The notes beneath the pieces are model-generated. The model was not told the DNA's origin. It saw only the letters and a program-made list of their open reading frames with translations, and ran no database searches. A stretch of 64,000 nucleotides of DNA from assembly GCA_000092065.1 (NCBI GenBank), contig CP000581.1; one strand, written 5' to 3'. Made by a program: the position numbers and the translations under genes. This stretch comes from Ostreococcus lucimarinus. Its lineage: Eukaryota. Position 1 is the stretch's first letter, and every line of letters begins with the position of its first letter. Below are positions 27,739 to 36,606 of the stretch, one piece after another.

Positions 27739-28941
27739 ATGGACGCGAGTCGCCGCCGGAGCGGGTCGTTGGAGTTCGGCGTGGTGGAGAACTGCGCGCC
27801 GAATGAAGCGTTTAATTTGAATGGCTTTGGGTTCGCGTTCGACGCGTGCGCGATACGAGGCGAACGGCCGTACATGGAGGATCGATGGTGCGCGGTGTTG
27901 GATGAGGAGATAGGAGCGTTTGTGCTTGCGGTGTACGATGGACACGGCGGCGCGGCGGTGAGTTCGCACTTGAGCGCGCACCTGGCGCGGGAGGTGCTGG
28001 GGGAGGCGACGCTGCGGAGTGATCCAGAGACGGCGCTGAAACGGGCGTTTAAGCGTGTGAATGACGTCGTGTGCGATCGGAATCCAGGTGATATGCGAGG
28101 GATGTATGGGAGACCAGGGGCGGGTTCGACGGCGATCATGGCGCTGATTATTCCGCCTAAAATGTACGTAGCGAACGTGGGCGATTCGCGCGCCACGGCG
28201 TTGGACAATCGAGGGCAGGTGACGTTTGAGTCGAAGGATCAGCGCCCGTGCGTGGCTGAGGAGAAGGAAAGAATAGTTAGAGATGGTGGGTTCGTCAAGC
28301 GCGGTAGAGATGGGACGTTGCGAACGTGTGGTATATTAGCGGTGTCGCGCGCTTTCGGCAACGCGGGCATCAAGCAGTTTTTATCCGTCGAACCGGAGGT
28401 GTACGCTGTAGATTTGGAGACCGTTGATTCGTTGATTTTATGCTCAGACGGGTTGACTGATGTCATGGGGAGTAAGTTGGCGAGTGAAACGATGCGCGCG
28501 GCGCCAGTCGGCGTAGTGGCCTCTTCGCCCTCGCCCGTACGGACGAGACGCGTCGCCAACTCGCTCGTCACTCTCGCGCGCGTTCGGCAAAGTAGAGACA
28601 ATATCAGCGCTGTCGTGCTCCAGGCGCGAAAGTTATCGTCCATTACGTTTCCTTCTCTAGATACTCCGGTCTCTGATGTGCAAGCCACGTTTGGAACGCC
28701 AGAGACGGTGCAGTATAATCCGGCGCCCGCCGACGTGAAGGACGGCCAAGACGCTGCGTCACGAGCGGCGCTAGATTTCGACGCGAACAAAGAGGGCGTG
28801 ACTGTAGACGAGAAGGTGAGCGCGCAAGAGCACGATGACGATGCGCAGGCTTCTGATGACGATGGACTCTCGTCGCCTGTTCCGAGTGTCATGAGAGAAT
28901 CGACACAAGCAATCACGCCAATCATTCACGCGAGCGGTTGA
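27739..28941 (+). CDS. Protein phosphatase 2C (PPM family)
   Basis: PP2C motifs: …RGERPYMEDRW…, FVLAVYDGHGG, …YVANVGDSRA…, …LAVSRAFGN…, …LILCSDGLTDVM…. Confidence 0.85.
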   Translation: MDASRRRSGSLEFGVVENCAPNEAFNLNGFGFAFDACAIRGERPYMEDRWCAVLDEEIGAFVLAVYDGHGGAAVSSHLSAHLAREVLGEATLRSDPETALKRAFKRVNDVVCDRNPGDMRGMYGRPGAGSTAIMALIIPPKMYVANVGDSRATALDNRGQVTFESKDQRPCVAEEKERIVRDGGFVKRGRDGTLRTCGILAVSRAFGNAGIKQFLSVEPEVYAVDLETVDSLILCSDGLTDVMGSKLASETMRAAPVGVVASSPSPVRTRRVANSLVTLARVRQSRDNISAVVLQARKLSSITFPSLDTPVSDVQATFGTPETVQYNPAPADVKDGQDAASRAALDFDANKEGVTVDEKVSAQEHDDDAQASDDDGLSSPVPSVMRESTQAITPIIHASG

Positions 28942-29015
28942 AATTGCAAGTTGATAGCAGCGCGCGCGTCTAGTGGGGATTACAAAGTGTATGTTTAATA
29001 CGAAGGACAACAGTA

Positions 29016-31166
29016 TTACGGCGTTGTCGTCGTTGCTTGGGGTTTATTTCGCATCTTCGTAGCGAGTTTCGCCGCTTTCTCGTCCGTCAACACTCCGATG
29101 GCGGACCAGTACGAAAAACCCGCCAAGACGTAAAACGCGGGAGCCAGGAGCAAGGCGTGTTGCAAGTCGTACTTCGAGGCCAGGGATGCCACTAAAAGCG
29201 GTCCAATTCCTGCGACCATGTTTCTCACTGCGAGGTGCGCTGCCGCGGCGACGCTCGGCGTCTCTGGTAGGGCATCTCGCGTCATCACCGCCGTCGGCGC
29301 TCGGAATATTTCCGAAGCTACGATGCCCGGGAACAAGTACATGAGGGACGTTTTATAGTCATCGGCGAGAAGAGACGCAGCGAGTAACGGACCAGCTGCG
29401 ATCGTCATGATGGATATAAACCACCTCTGCCCATTCGGTCCGCGGGATTGGAGTCTATCACAAATCCAACCCCCGCCGAGACCACCGGTGACGCCCGCGA
29501 TTGGGATGACCATCGCCAGGAGCGGGTCGTACTCTTGCGGCGTGAGCGAAAATACGCGCTCGTAAAACGCCGCTTGAAAGGCAATCATGGACCATCCGGC
29601 GACGTCAGATAATGTCGCCGCCGTCGTGACTTGTCTAAACGCTTCGCTATCGAAACATCTGGTCAAGGAGTCGAACATGTCGTTCTTCTCCGTCGGCTTG
29701 ATGGGGACGGAGGTGTACTGGCCAGCCATGTTGCTTTGCGCCGCGGCCGCTCGCGCGGCGGTTCTCACTCGCTGCTCCTCCGTCGTGAGATCGTCTTCGT
29801 CGATCGTCGAGCCCACGAGAGCGACCAACCCACCGTTGTCGATCGCGGGCAGAGATTTGTACATCTTCTCTTTGAGTTTGCGTCGCTCCCGCTGCGCCTT
29901 TCGCTCTTGCGCGCGCTTGCGCCGCTTCACCGCGCGCGATCCCGTGGACGTGCGCCCGGGATCACCTATCGTGAACAAAATCAGCGGTACTATGATCAAA
30001 CCCGGAAGCGCGACGATGTCGTAAATTTGATGCCACGACATCCCCGAAGACAGCATGGCGTCGCCGACTGTGTTCTCCAAGACGGTGCCGACGTTTGGCG
30101 TCAGCACGACGGCGTCCGCGGTGGTGTACAAAATCGTGTGCGCGCCCAAGGCGCCGATCTCCGTCAAGTACGTCAACGGAAGCGTGATTGGCTCGTTGGA
30201 GAATATGGGATCCTCCGCTCCCGGAGGCAGCGGCGTGCGCCCGACGAAAGCACCGCTCGCGAAACTCACCGCGCGCCCGGCGTGAATGGCCAAATTATAC
30301 ACGCTCAGCGCGAGCGCCTTGTTCCTCGGGAACATCTCCGGAATCATGCTAAACGCCACCGGGTTCTGCGCCCCGTTTCCGACCGCGAACAATCCACGAG
30401 AAATCAACAACGCGGTAAAATTCTCCGAGTGCGCCGTCATGAACGACGCCGCCGTCCACGTCGCCGCCCCCAACGCGAGCAAATTTTTTCGATCCACCGT
30501 ATCCGCCAACACCCCCACGAACGGCAACAGCAACGAATACGTCACCGTGAACAGCGTCGTCAGCACCGCGCCTTGCCCATCGTCCAGCTTCAAATCCGCG
30601 CTCATCGCCGGGAGCAAACTCGGCAACAGAAACCCCGTCGCCGACGCGTGACAGTACGCGCACGTCAGCAACCCCAGCGCCCACGCCGCGCGTCGCTCCC
30701 CTTCCGTTCGAAACCTCCCGCCTCGCCCGCCCGCGTCCGCGTCCGCGCCGCGCCGATCATCGCGTTCGCCCTCGTCGTCCTCGCTCGCGTCGTCGAACGC
30801 GTCCGGGAACGCGTCGAGCGTCGCGCCGTCGACCGACCGCGTCCCGTCCGCGTCAGCATCGTCGACGTCGTCGCGCCGCGCCGTCCCCGTTTCGCGCGCG
30901 CGCACCGCCTCGGCGCGCGTCGCCGCGCGCGCGCGACGTCGCGCGGCGTCCGCGCCGTCGCGCGTCGCGCCGCGCGTCGCCGCGTCGCGCGACGCGCGCG
31001 TCGTCGTCGACGCCGCGGATACGATTCGACGTCGCGGACGTTCGCGCGTCGTCGCGACGCGCGCGATCGCGATCGATCGCGACGGCGCGGACGTCGACGC
31101 CGCGCGCGTCGACGCCGCGCGCATCGAGCGAGCCCGCGTCGCGCGCGCGTCGCGCAGTCCCGGCAC
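29016..31166 (-). CDS. Major facilitator superfamily transporter (spinster-like), with a long low-complexity N-terminal extension
   Basis: 12-TM MFS architecture. Conserved region …LTTLFTVTYSLLLPFVGVLADTVDRKNLLALGAATW…ISRGLFAVGNGAQNPVAFSMIPEMFP…. Confidence 0.75.
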   Translation of the reverse strand: MPGLRDARATRARSMRAASTRAASTSAPSRSIAIARVATTRERPRRRIVSAASTTTRASRDAATRGATRDGADAARRRARAATRAEAVRARETGTARRDDVDDADADGTRSVDGATLDAFPDAFDDASEDDEGERDDRRGADADAGGRGGRFRTEGERRAAWALGLLTCAYCHASATGFLLPSLLPAMSADLKLDDGQGAVLTTLFTVTYSLLLPFVGVLADTVDRKNLLALGAATWTAASFMTAHSENFTALLISRGLFAVGNGAQNPVAFSMIPEMFPRNKALALSVYNLAIHAGRAVSFASGAFVGRTPLPPGAEDPIFSNEPITLPLTYLTEIGALGAHTILYTTADAVVLTPNVGTVLENTVGDAMLSSGMSWHQIYDIVALPGLIIVPLILFTIGDPGRTSTGSRAVKRRKRAQERKAQRERRKLKEKMYKSLPAIDNGGLVALVGSTIDEDDLTTEEQRVRTAARAAAAQSNMAGQYTSVPIKPTEKNDMFDSLTRCFDSEAFRQVTTAATLSDVAGWSMIAFQAAFYERVFSLTPQEYDPLLAMVIPIAGVTGGLGGGWICDRLQSRGPNGQRWFISIMTIAAGPLLAASLLADDYKTSLMYLFPGIVASEIFRAPTAVMTRDALPETPSVAAAAHLAVRNMVAGIGPLLVASLASKYDLQHALLLAPAFYVLAGFSYWSAIGVLTDEKAAKLATKMRNKPQATTTTP

Positions 31167-31249
31167 CGCGCGACGATTTGATTTGATTTGATTTGATTTG
31201 ATTTCACTTCGCGAGACATCGCGACGCGGTGACGCGCGAAGAAGGCGCC
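31167..31249. promoter_or_regulatory. Shared (bidirectional) promoter region between the divergent MFS transporter and ERGIC3 genes. Contains (GATTT)6.
   Basis: Only ~80 bp separate the two divergent start codons. (GATTT)6 at 31175–31204 read directly. Confidence 0.35.
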
Positions 31250-32428
31250 ATGCGCCGCGACGACGCGTTCCGCGACCGCTTCGACCTGTTCCCGAAGATA
31301 TCCGACGACTTCGCGCGGCGCACGGCGACGGGCGGCGCGATCGCGACGATCGGGCTGGCGCTCATGGTGATTTTGTTTCTTCAGCAGACGGCGGAACTGA
31401 TGCGAACGACGACGGCGTACGACCTGCGCGTGGACGACGGCGTCGCGGGAGCGACGAAGAAGATCGTGATCAACGTGGACCTGACGCTGCGGGCGATGCA
31501 CTGCGCGCAGGTGAGCCTGGACGCGATGGACGTGACGGGGGAGACGCGGCTGGACGTGTCGAGGAGCGAGGTGCGGACGACGCGAGTGGACGCGCGAGGG
31601 CGGGCGATCGCGATGACGAGCGAACGGACGGCGGTGAACGCGAAAACGGAGGCGGGGGAGCGCGAGAGGGAAGCGACGGGAGGGAGGTCGGCGTGCGGGG
31701 ATTGTTACGGCGCGGCGGAGGCGGGGACGTGCTGCGACGACTGCGACTCTGTGCGAGAGGCGTATCGCGTCAAGGGATGGGCGCTGCCGGATCTGCGACG
31801 GGTGACGCAGTGCACGAAGGAGTACGATGTGGTGGCGATGCGCAACGAACACAAGGAGGGGTGCCACTTTTCGGGACACTTTGAGGTGAACAAGGTGGCG
31901 GGGAACTTTCACATCGCGCCGGGGAAGAGTTATAACAATCTGGGACAGCACGTGCACGATTTATCCCCGTTCGCGGGCGTGGAGAGCTTCAATTTTTCGC
32001 ACATCATTCATAAGTTGTCGTTCGGGGAAGAATTTCCGGGCGTGGTGAACCCGCTGGACGGCGTGACGAGGACGATGGACGACGCGAACGCCGGCGTGTA
32101 TCAGTACCGACTCTCCGTCGTCCCGGCGCGTTACAAGTACCTAGGCTTTCGCGCGCGCGTGGTGGAGAGTAACGATTACTCTGTCACCGATCATTTTCGT
32201 GGTTTTGACGTGACGAAGAATCCAGGTCTGCCAGGCCTCTTCTTCTTTTACGATTTGTCGCCGTTGCGCGTCGAGTACGAGGAACGTCGAATCGGATTTT
32301 TTCAATATCTGTCAAACGTCGCGGCCATCATAGGCGGCGTGAGCGCGGTGGTGAACATCGTAGACGGCTTGGTGTATCGCGGCCAGCGCGCGTTGCGAGA
32401 AAAGGTCGATTTAGGGAAGCAAGGGTAG
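31250..32428 (+). CDS. ERGIC3: ER-Golgi intermediate compartment protein 3 (ERGIC3/Erv46 family)
   Basis: Near-collinear match to ERGIC3/Erv46: FDLFPK…DF..RT..GG…, …MHCAQVSLDAMDVTGE…, CCDDCDSVREAYR.KGWA, …FEVNKVAGNFHIAPGKS…, HIIHKLSFGEEFPGVVNPLDG, …FFQYLSNVAAIIGGV…. Confidence 0.9.
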   Translation: MRRDDAFRDRFDLFPKISDDFARRTATGGAIATIGLALMVILFLQQTAELMRTTTAYDLRVDDGVAGATKKIVINVDLTLRAMHCAQVSLDAMDVTGETRLDVSRSEVRTTRVDARGRAIAMTSERTAVNAKTEAGEREREATGGRSACGDCYGAAEAGTCCDDCDSVREAYRVKGWALPDLRRVTQCTKEYDVVAMRNEHKEGCHFSGHFEVNKVAGNFHIAPGKSYNNLGQHVHDLSPFAGVESFNFSHIIHKLSFGEEFPGVVNPLDGVTRTMDDANAGVYQYRLSVVPARYKYLGFRARVVESNDYSVTDHFRGFDVTKNPGLPGLFFFYDLSPLRVEYEERRIGFFQYLSNVAAIIGGVSAVVNIVDGLVYRGQRALREKVDLGKQG

Positions 32429-32536
32429 CGTTGTGATCAGATGTTGCATCAAATTACAGGACGTCAAAATACACTCGACGGCGAATTTTCATCCTTCCGT
32501 CGTTTTATTGAAAGTTGCGAGAATTTAAGAGTTTGT

Positions 32537-33379
32537 TCAAGGCGGCGGGCCGTCTGGGTGGCACCTCTTGCGAAGATCCATAGCTTCCTTCGCGCACCGC
32601 TGACCCAGCGCCGCTAACTTTCGCATGCCATCCAAGAAAGAAAGCGTACCGTCCGCGATGGCCGCCTTGATCGCGTCGTAATCGTCGTGGCACTGCCGTT
32701 CGAGCCTTCGCGCCTCGGCGTCGCAGTCATCCGGGTCATCGCCGAAAGTCTCGCCACTTCCGACGACTTGGATCTCCCCGACGCACTTCGACACCTCCGC
32801 CGCGGTCTCCGTCGCGCACGCCTGTCCGAGTTCGGCGAACGAAGCCGCGCACTCGAAAGGCGCCAGCTCGTTCTTTTCGCAACGCGTCTTCAACCGCGCC
32901 GCCTTCTCCTCGCATTCCTTTTCGATCCTCGTCAGCTCGCGCTCGCACGCCTTCGTCATTTCCGCGCACGATTGTCCGATTTCCATCATCTTCGTCGCGC
33001 ACGCTTCGCCCACCGTCACGAATTCCTTCGCCGCGTCCTCCGCGCTCGCGTCGCCTCGCGAAAACGCCGCCGCCGCGTCCCGCAGCGCCTTCGCGCACTT
33101 CTCTCCCTCCTCCGCGACCTCGTCCACGCACGACCGCGCGTCATCGGCGTCACCGCCGCCGAGCGCCGCGAGCGCGCTCCGCACCAGCGTCGCGAGCGCG
33201 TCCCGCGCGCTCCCACCGTCGCGAACCGCGCGCGCCAGCGCGCGCGTCCCGTCGTCTCCCGCTCGACGATTCGCGACCGCGCGCGCGTTCGCACCGCGTA
33301 TTCCACCGCGCGAGGCGACGATCGCGACGAGCGCGACGAGCGCGACGCTCGAGCGCGCGCGCGCGCGTCTTCGAGGCAT
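32537..33379 (-). CDS. Secreted Cys-rich alpha-helical protein (signal peptide plus repeated C-x-[EK] helices). Family unknown.
   Basis: N-terminal hydrophobic signal (VALVALVAIVASRGG). ~16 Cys in paired helical pattern (…EKCAKALRD…, …GEACATKMMEIGQSCAEMTKACERELTRIEKECEEKAARLKTRCEKNE…). Confidence 0.5.
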   Translation of the reverse strand: MPRRRARARSSVALVALVAIVASRGGIRGANARAVANRRAGDDGTRALARAVRDGGSARDALATLVRSALAALGGGDADDARSCVDEVAEEGEKCAKALRDAAAAFSRGDASAEDAAKEFVTVGEACATKMMEIGQSCAEMTKACERELTRIEKECEEKAARLKTRCEKNELAPFECAASFAELGQACATETAAEVSKCVGEIQVVGSGETFGDDPDDCDAEARRLERQCHDDYDAIKAAIADGTLSFLDGMRKLAALGQRCAKEAMDLRKRCHPDGPPP

Positions 33380-33528
33380 CGCGCGACGCGCTGTGCGACG
33401 ACGCGCGCGGGAGGATTCGACGCGCGTCTTGTAATCCGTGTGTTACATGTCCCGGTCGTGAGACTTTATCCACTCGGCGCGCCGACGCGCGCGCGACACA
33501 CGACGACGACGCGCGACGACGACGCGCG

Positions 33529-34284
33529 ATGCCGACGGCGATGACGACGACGATGGGCGCGCTCGCGTCGACGCGGAGCGGGACGCGACAGAGCGCGAAC
33601 GCGACGCGACGCGCGCGAAAAGCGCGCGGGACGATGATGGTGACGTCGGCGATGATGACGACGGCGGGACGACGCGCGGGACGCGCCTCGGTCGTGACGC
33701 GGGCGAGCGAGGAGACGGAGGATGAATTCGAGGCGAAACTCGGCGCGCTGCGAGGGAAGCGGTCGAAGCGGGCGGCGAACAGCTCGACGGGTGCGGCGGA
33801 TGAGGTCGGCGACGCGCCGAAGCGAAGCGCGGCGTCGCAGCAGAGCCGAGCGAAGGGCGTGCGCGAATTCACGGTGACGGAGAACATCGATGAGCCGGCG
33901 ATCGATTGGGGTAACGAGACGATTGTGTTCGAAGGACCGCCGGCGAGAGGGGAGGTGGTGGCGAACGTGGCGATGTCGTGGACGCTGGTGTGGATTCCGT
34001 TGGCGATTCAAGCCGTCGGTCGCGCGCTCTGGTTGAAGTATAAGATTACGGACAAGCGCGTGAGCGTGATTTCGGAATCTCCGTTGAGGAAGGAGCGCAC
34101 GGATATTCCGTTGGATCAAATCGCGGACGTCATCTCCGTCGGCCGCGGGATCGGGGCTTGGGGGGACATGGTCGTCACGCTTCGGAACGGAGAAAAGGTT
34201 GAGATTCGCTCGTTGCCGGATTTCAAAAAGTGCGAAGACGTGATTCGAGAGAAGATGTACAAGGAAAAAATCATCGATTTTTAA
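33529..34284 (+). CDS. Bacterial-type PH domain (bPH_2 / YdbS-like, DUF304) membrane protein with a transit-peptide-like N-terminus
   Basis: Two TM helices (…VVANVAMSWTLVWIPLAIQAVGRALWLKY…) followed by …KITDKRVSVIS…IPLDQIADVISVGRGIGAWGDMVVTLRNGEKVEIRSLPDF…, typical of YdbS/bPH_2 domains. Ser/Thr/Arg-rich N-terminus. Confidence 0.55.
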   Translation: MPTAMTTTMGALASTRSGTRQSANATRRARKARGTMMVTSAMMTTAGRRAGRASVVTRASEETEDEFEAKLGALRGKRSKRAANSSTGAADEVGDAPKRSAASQQSRAKGVREFTVTENIDEPAIDWGNETIVFEGPPARGEVVANVAMSWTLVWIPLAIQAVGRALWLKYKITDKRVSVISESPLRKERTDIPLDQIADVISVGRGIGAWGDMVVTLRNGEKVEIRSLPDFKKCEDVIREKMYKEKIIDF

Positions 34285-34347
34285 ATTCTAAATAATATTC
34301 ATTCTCTACGAGCTAAAACTACCCCCACCGTAACCACCGCTTCGTCG

Positions 34348-35027
34348 TCAACCGCTTCGATAATCGAACTCGACGACGGATTGGCCCGCGACGGCCGGCA
34401 TTTCTTGCGCCTCCCACGCCGCGCGATCGTCCTCGTACGACGCGCGCTTCACGACGCACGGCTCGACGGGCACGCACTTCCCCAATCGCGCCGTTCGCGT
34501 CGGACTCACGAACCTATTCGGCAAATTCCTCGCCCCCGACGGTCGCTCGCGCCACCAATTCACGAGCACCGTCACGCGTTGCCCGCGAAACCCACCCTCG
34601 TTCGCCAAAACCCCGTGCCAACGATCGCCCTCGAACGCCATCAACCTATTCTTCCTCACCTCGCACGCGAACACCCTCTCCGGCGTCTCCGGCCAGAGTC
34701 CGCTCGCCGTCTCCTCGCCCGCCTCGCTCGCCGTCGTCTGATCGAACGCCGCCGTCGCGCCTCCCCCTCGCTCCCCGTCGACGTAAAACACGCTCGCCAT
34801 CGCCGGAAACGTCCTCGTCCCGACCCCATCGCGCATCGCCACGTCACAATCCGCGTGATACGCCTTCGGCCGCTCGTTCCACGCGACGTCTTGTATCCAC
34901 CACTCCGCGCCCGCGAGCGCGTCGTCGTCGGCGAGCCCGAGCGCCGCCGCGCACCCGCCCGCGAGCGCCTCGATCGCGCACCGCGGCGCCGCGAGCGCGC
35001 GTCTCGGCGTCCAGAACGCGCTCGTCA

Positions 35028-35067
<40 letters not shown>

Positions 35068-35226
35068 GTCGTCGTCGCCGCCGACCGCGTCCTCGTCCAA
35101 CCATCCCTCGCGCGACGTCGCGGGGTCGTACCCGCCGTCCGCGAGCGCGACGTACGCGTCGACGAACGCGCCGACGCGCGCGAACGCGTCGGCGTCGAGC
35201 GCGTCGTCGACGACGGCGAATCGCAT
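34348..35226 (-). CDS. Putative 2OG-Fe(II) oxygenase-like protein with a poly-Thr tract. The track ORF extends to 35733, and the plausible start is the Met at 35226.
   Basis: HxD…H arrangement (…AYHADCDV…RWHGVL…RVTVLVNWW…) suggests a double-stranded beta-helix dioxygenase fold. Contains a T12 run encoded by (ACG)12. Assignment tentative. Confidence 0.4.
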
Positions 35227-35358
35227 CGCGCGCGTCGACGTGCGGGCGACGGATGGATGGATGGATGCCGAAACGCGACACGCCGACGCGCCGACGCGCG
35301 ACGCCGCGCGCGACGCCGCGCGCGACGTGACCGACGCGTCGCGACGCGTCGCGCGGCC

Positions 35359-36567
35359 ATGCCGCCGAAGAAGACGTTCACCGTGGCGACGAAGGAGGAC
35401 CTGGAACTGCGACGAAAGTATGAATTGCTGCGACAAAAGAAAGAGGCGCGCGCGCGGCGCGAGGAAGCCAAGGCGCGCGAGGACGCGCGCGTGAAGGGCG
35501 CGAGGATGCGCGCGGCGAGCGGCGCGCGGGGCGACGCGCGAGGGACGACGCGCGAGGGGGCGGAATCGAGCGGGCGCGGACGCGACGGCGGCGGCGGACG
35601 CGGAGGACGCGGCGGACGAGACGACGCGAGGGGAAACGCGCGCGTCGGAGGAGGGGGGGGGGACGAGAGGGCGGCGGAGGAACCGGTGGATCCCGCGCAC
35701 GCGCGCGCGAAGGCGATTCTGGCGGGATTGCATAAGAAGAAAGAGCCCGGCGTGGCGGCGTTGAACGCGCGGGCGGCGGCGACGACGGCGGCGGAGAAGG
35801 AATCGGAGGAGGATAAGAAGCCGAAGTTGGTGTTTACGATGGGGAAACGCGCGCCGAAGGTTGCTCCGGTGGTTGTGAAGGCGGCGGAGGAGGAGACGTT
35901 CGGGTACGCGGATACCGTGGTCGGGTACGCGTCGACGGAGACGAAGGCGCCGGAGCCCGAGGCGGCGCCCGAGGCGGAGGCGAAGCCTGAACCGGAGGCG
36001 GAACCCGTGGAAGAGGCACCGGCGCCCGTCGAAGAGGACGCGTCGCAGGGCAAGAAGGAGGTGAAGCGACCGAAGCGACCGGGTTTGCTCTCTCCTGGAA
36101 TCGCGAAACGACAGAAGATGAACACGCCTACGCCGTTCCCGGAAGCCACCGACGGCGTGGGGGAGAGGACGGACAAGGGCGAGCGCGAGATCTTCATCAG
36201 CGACTTACCGGACGGTTGCACGATCGAGAGTCTATCGTTGGCGTGCTATCGCTACGGCCGCGTCAACAGCTGTCGCGTGATCGAGAGAAAGCACTTCGGT
36301 TTCGTCACCTTTGCGGATTCGGCGTCGGCGGAGAAAATCGTAAACGCCGCCATCGCGCACATGAACGATCCCGACAAAGAGCCAGTGATCGTGGACGGGC
36401 GCGTCGTTATGGTTGAATACAGCGTGCAGGCCAAAGGCGACAAGCCTTTCGGAGATGAGATCCGCCAACGCGCGTTGGAGGAACTCGAACGCATTCGCGA
36501 CGGCGAAATAGTCGACGACGGCGGAGACGTCGTCAAGCGTGACATGCTCGTGTACGACGATATTTAG
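35359..36567 (+). CDS. RRM protein with N-terminal K/R-rich leucine-zipper-like region, RG-rich middle and C-terminal RRM. Resembles NELF-E.
   Basis: Start MPPKKTFTVATKEDLELRRKYELLRQKKEARARREE… (compare the NELF-E N-terminal …EEEALQKKFNKLKKKKKAL…). GGRGGRGGRD repeats, RRM (…REIFISDLPDG…GFVTFADSASAEKIVN…), C-terminal …RDMLVYDDI (compare the NELF-E …RTQIVYSDDVY…). The first ~980 bp of the track ORF are antisense artefact. Confidence 0.55.
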   Translation: MPPKKTFTVATKEDLELRRKYELLRQKKEARARREEAKAREDARVKGARMRAASGARGDARGTTREGAESSGRGRDGGGGRGGRGGRDDARGNARVGGGGGDERAAEEPVDPAHARAKAILAGLHKKKEPGVAALNARAAATTAAEKESEEDKKPKLVFTMGKRAPKVAPVVVKAAEEETFGYADTVVGYASTETKAPEPEAAPEAEAKPEPEAEPVEEAPAPVEEDASQGKKEVKRPKRPGLLSPGIAKRQKMNTPTPFPEATDGVGERTDKGEREIFISDLPDGCTIESLSLACYRYGRVNSCRVIERKHFGFVTFADSASAEKIVNAAIAHMNDPDKEPVIVDGRVVMVEYSVQAKGDKPFGDEIRQRALEELERIRDGEIVDDGGDVVKRDMLVYDDI

Positions 36568-36606
36568 CATCGAAATTCTACCACCTGCACCGATTAGCGC
36601 GTTGGA

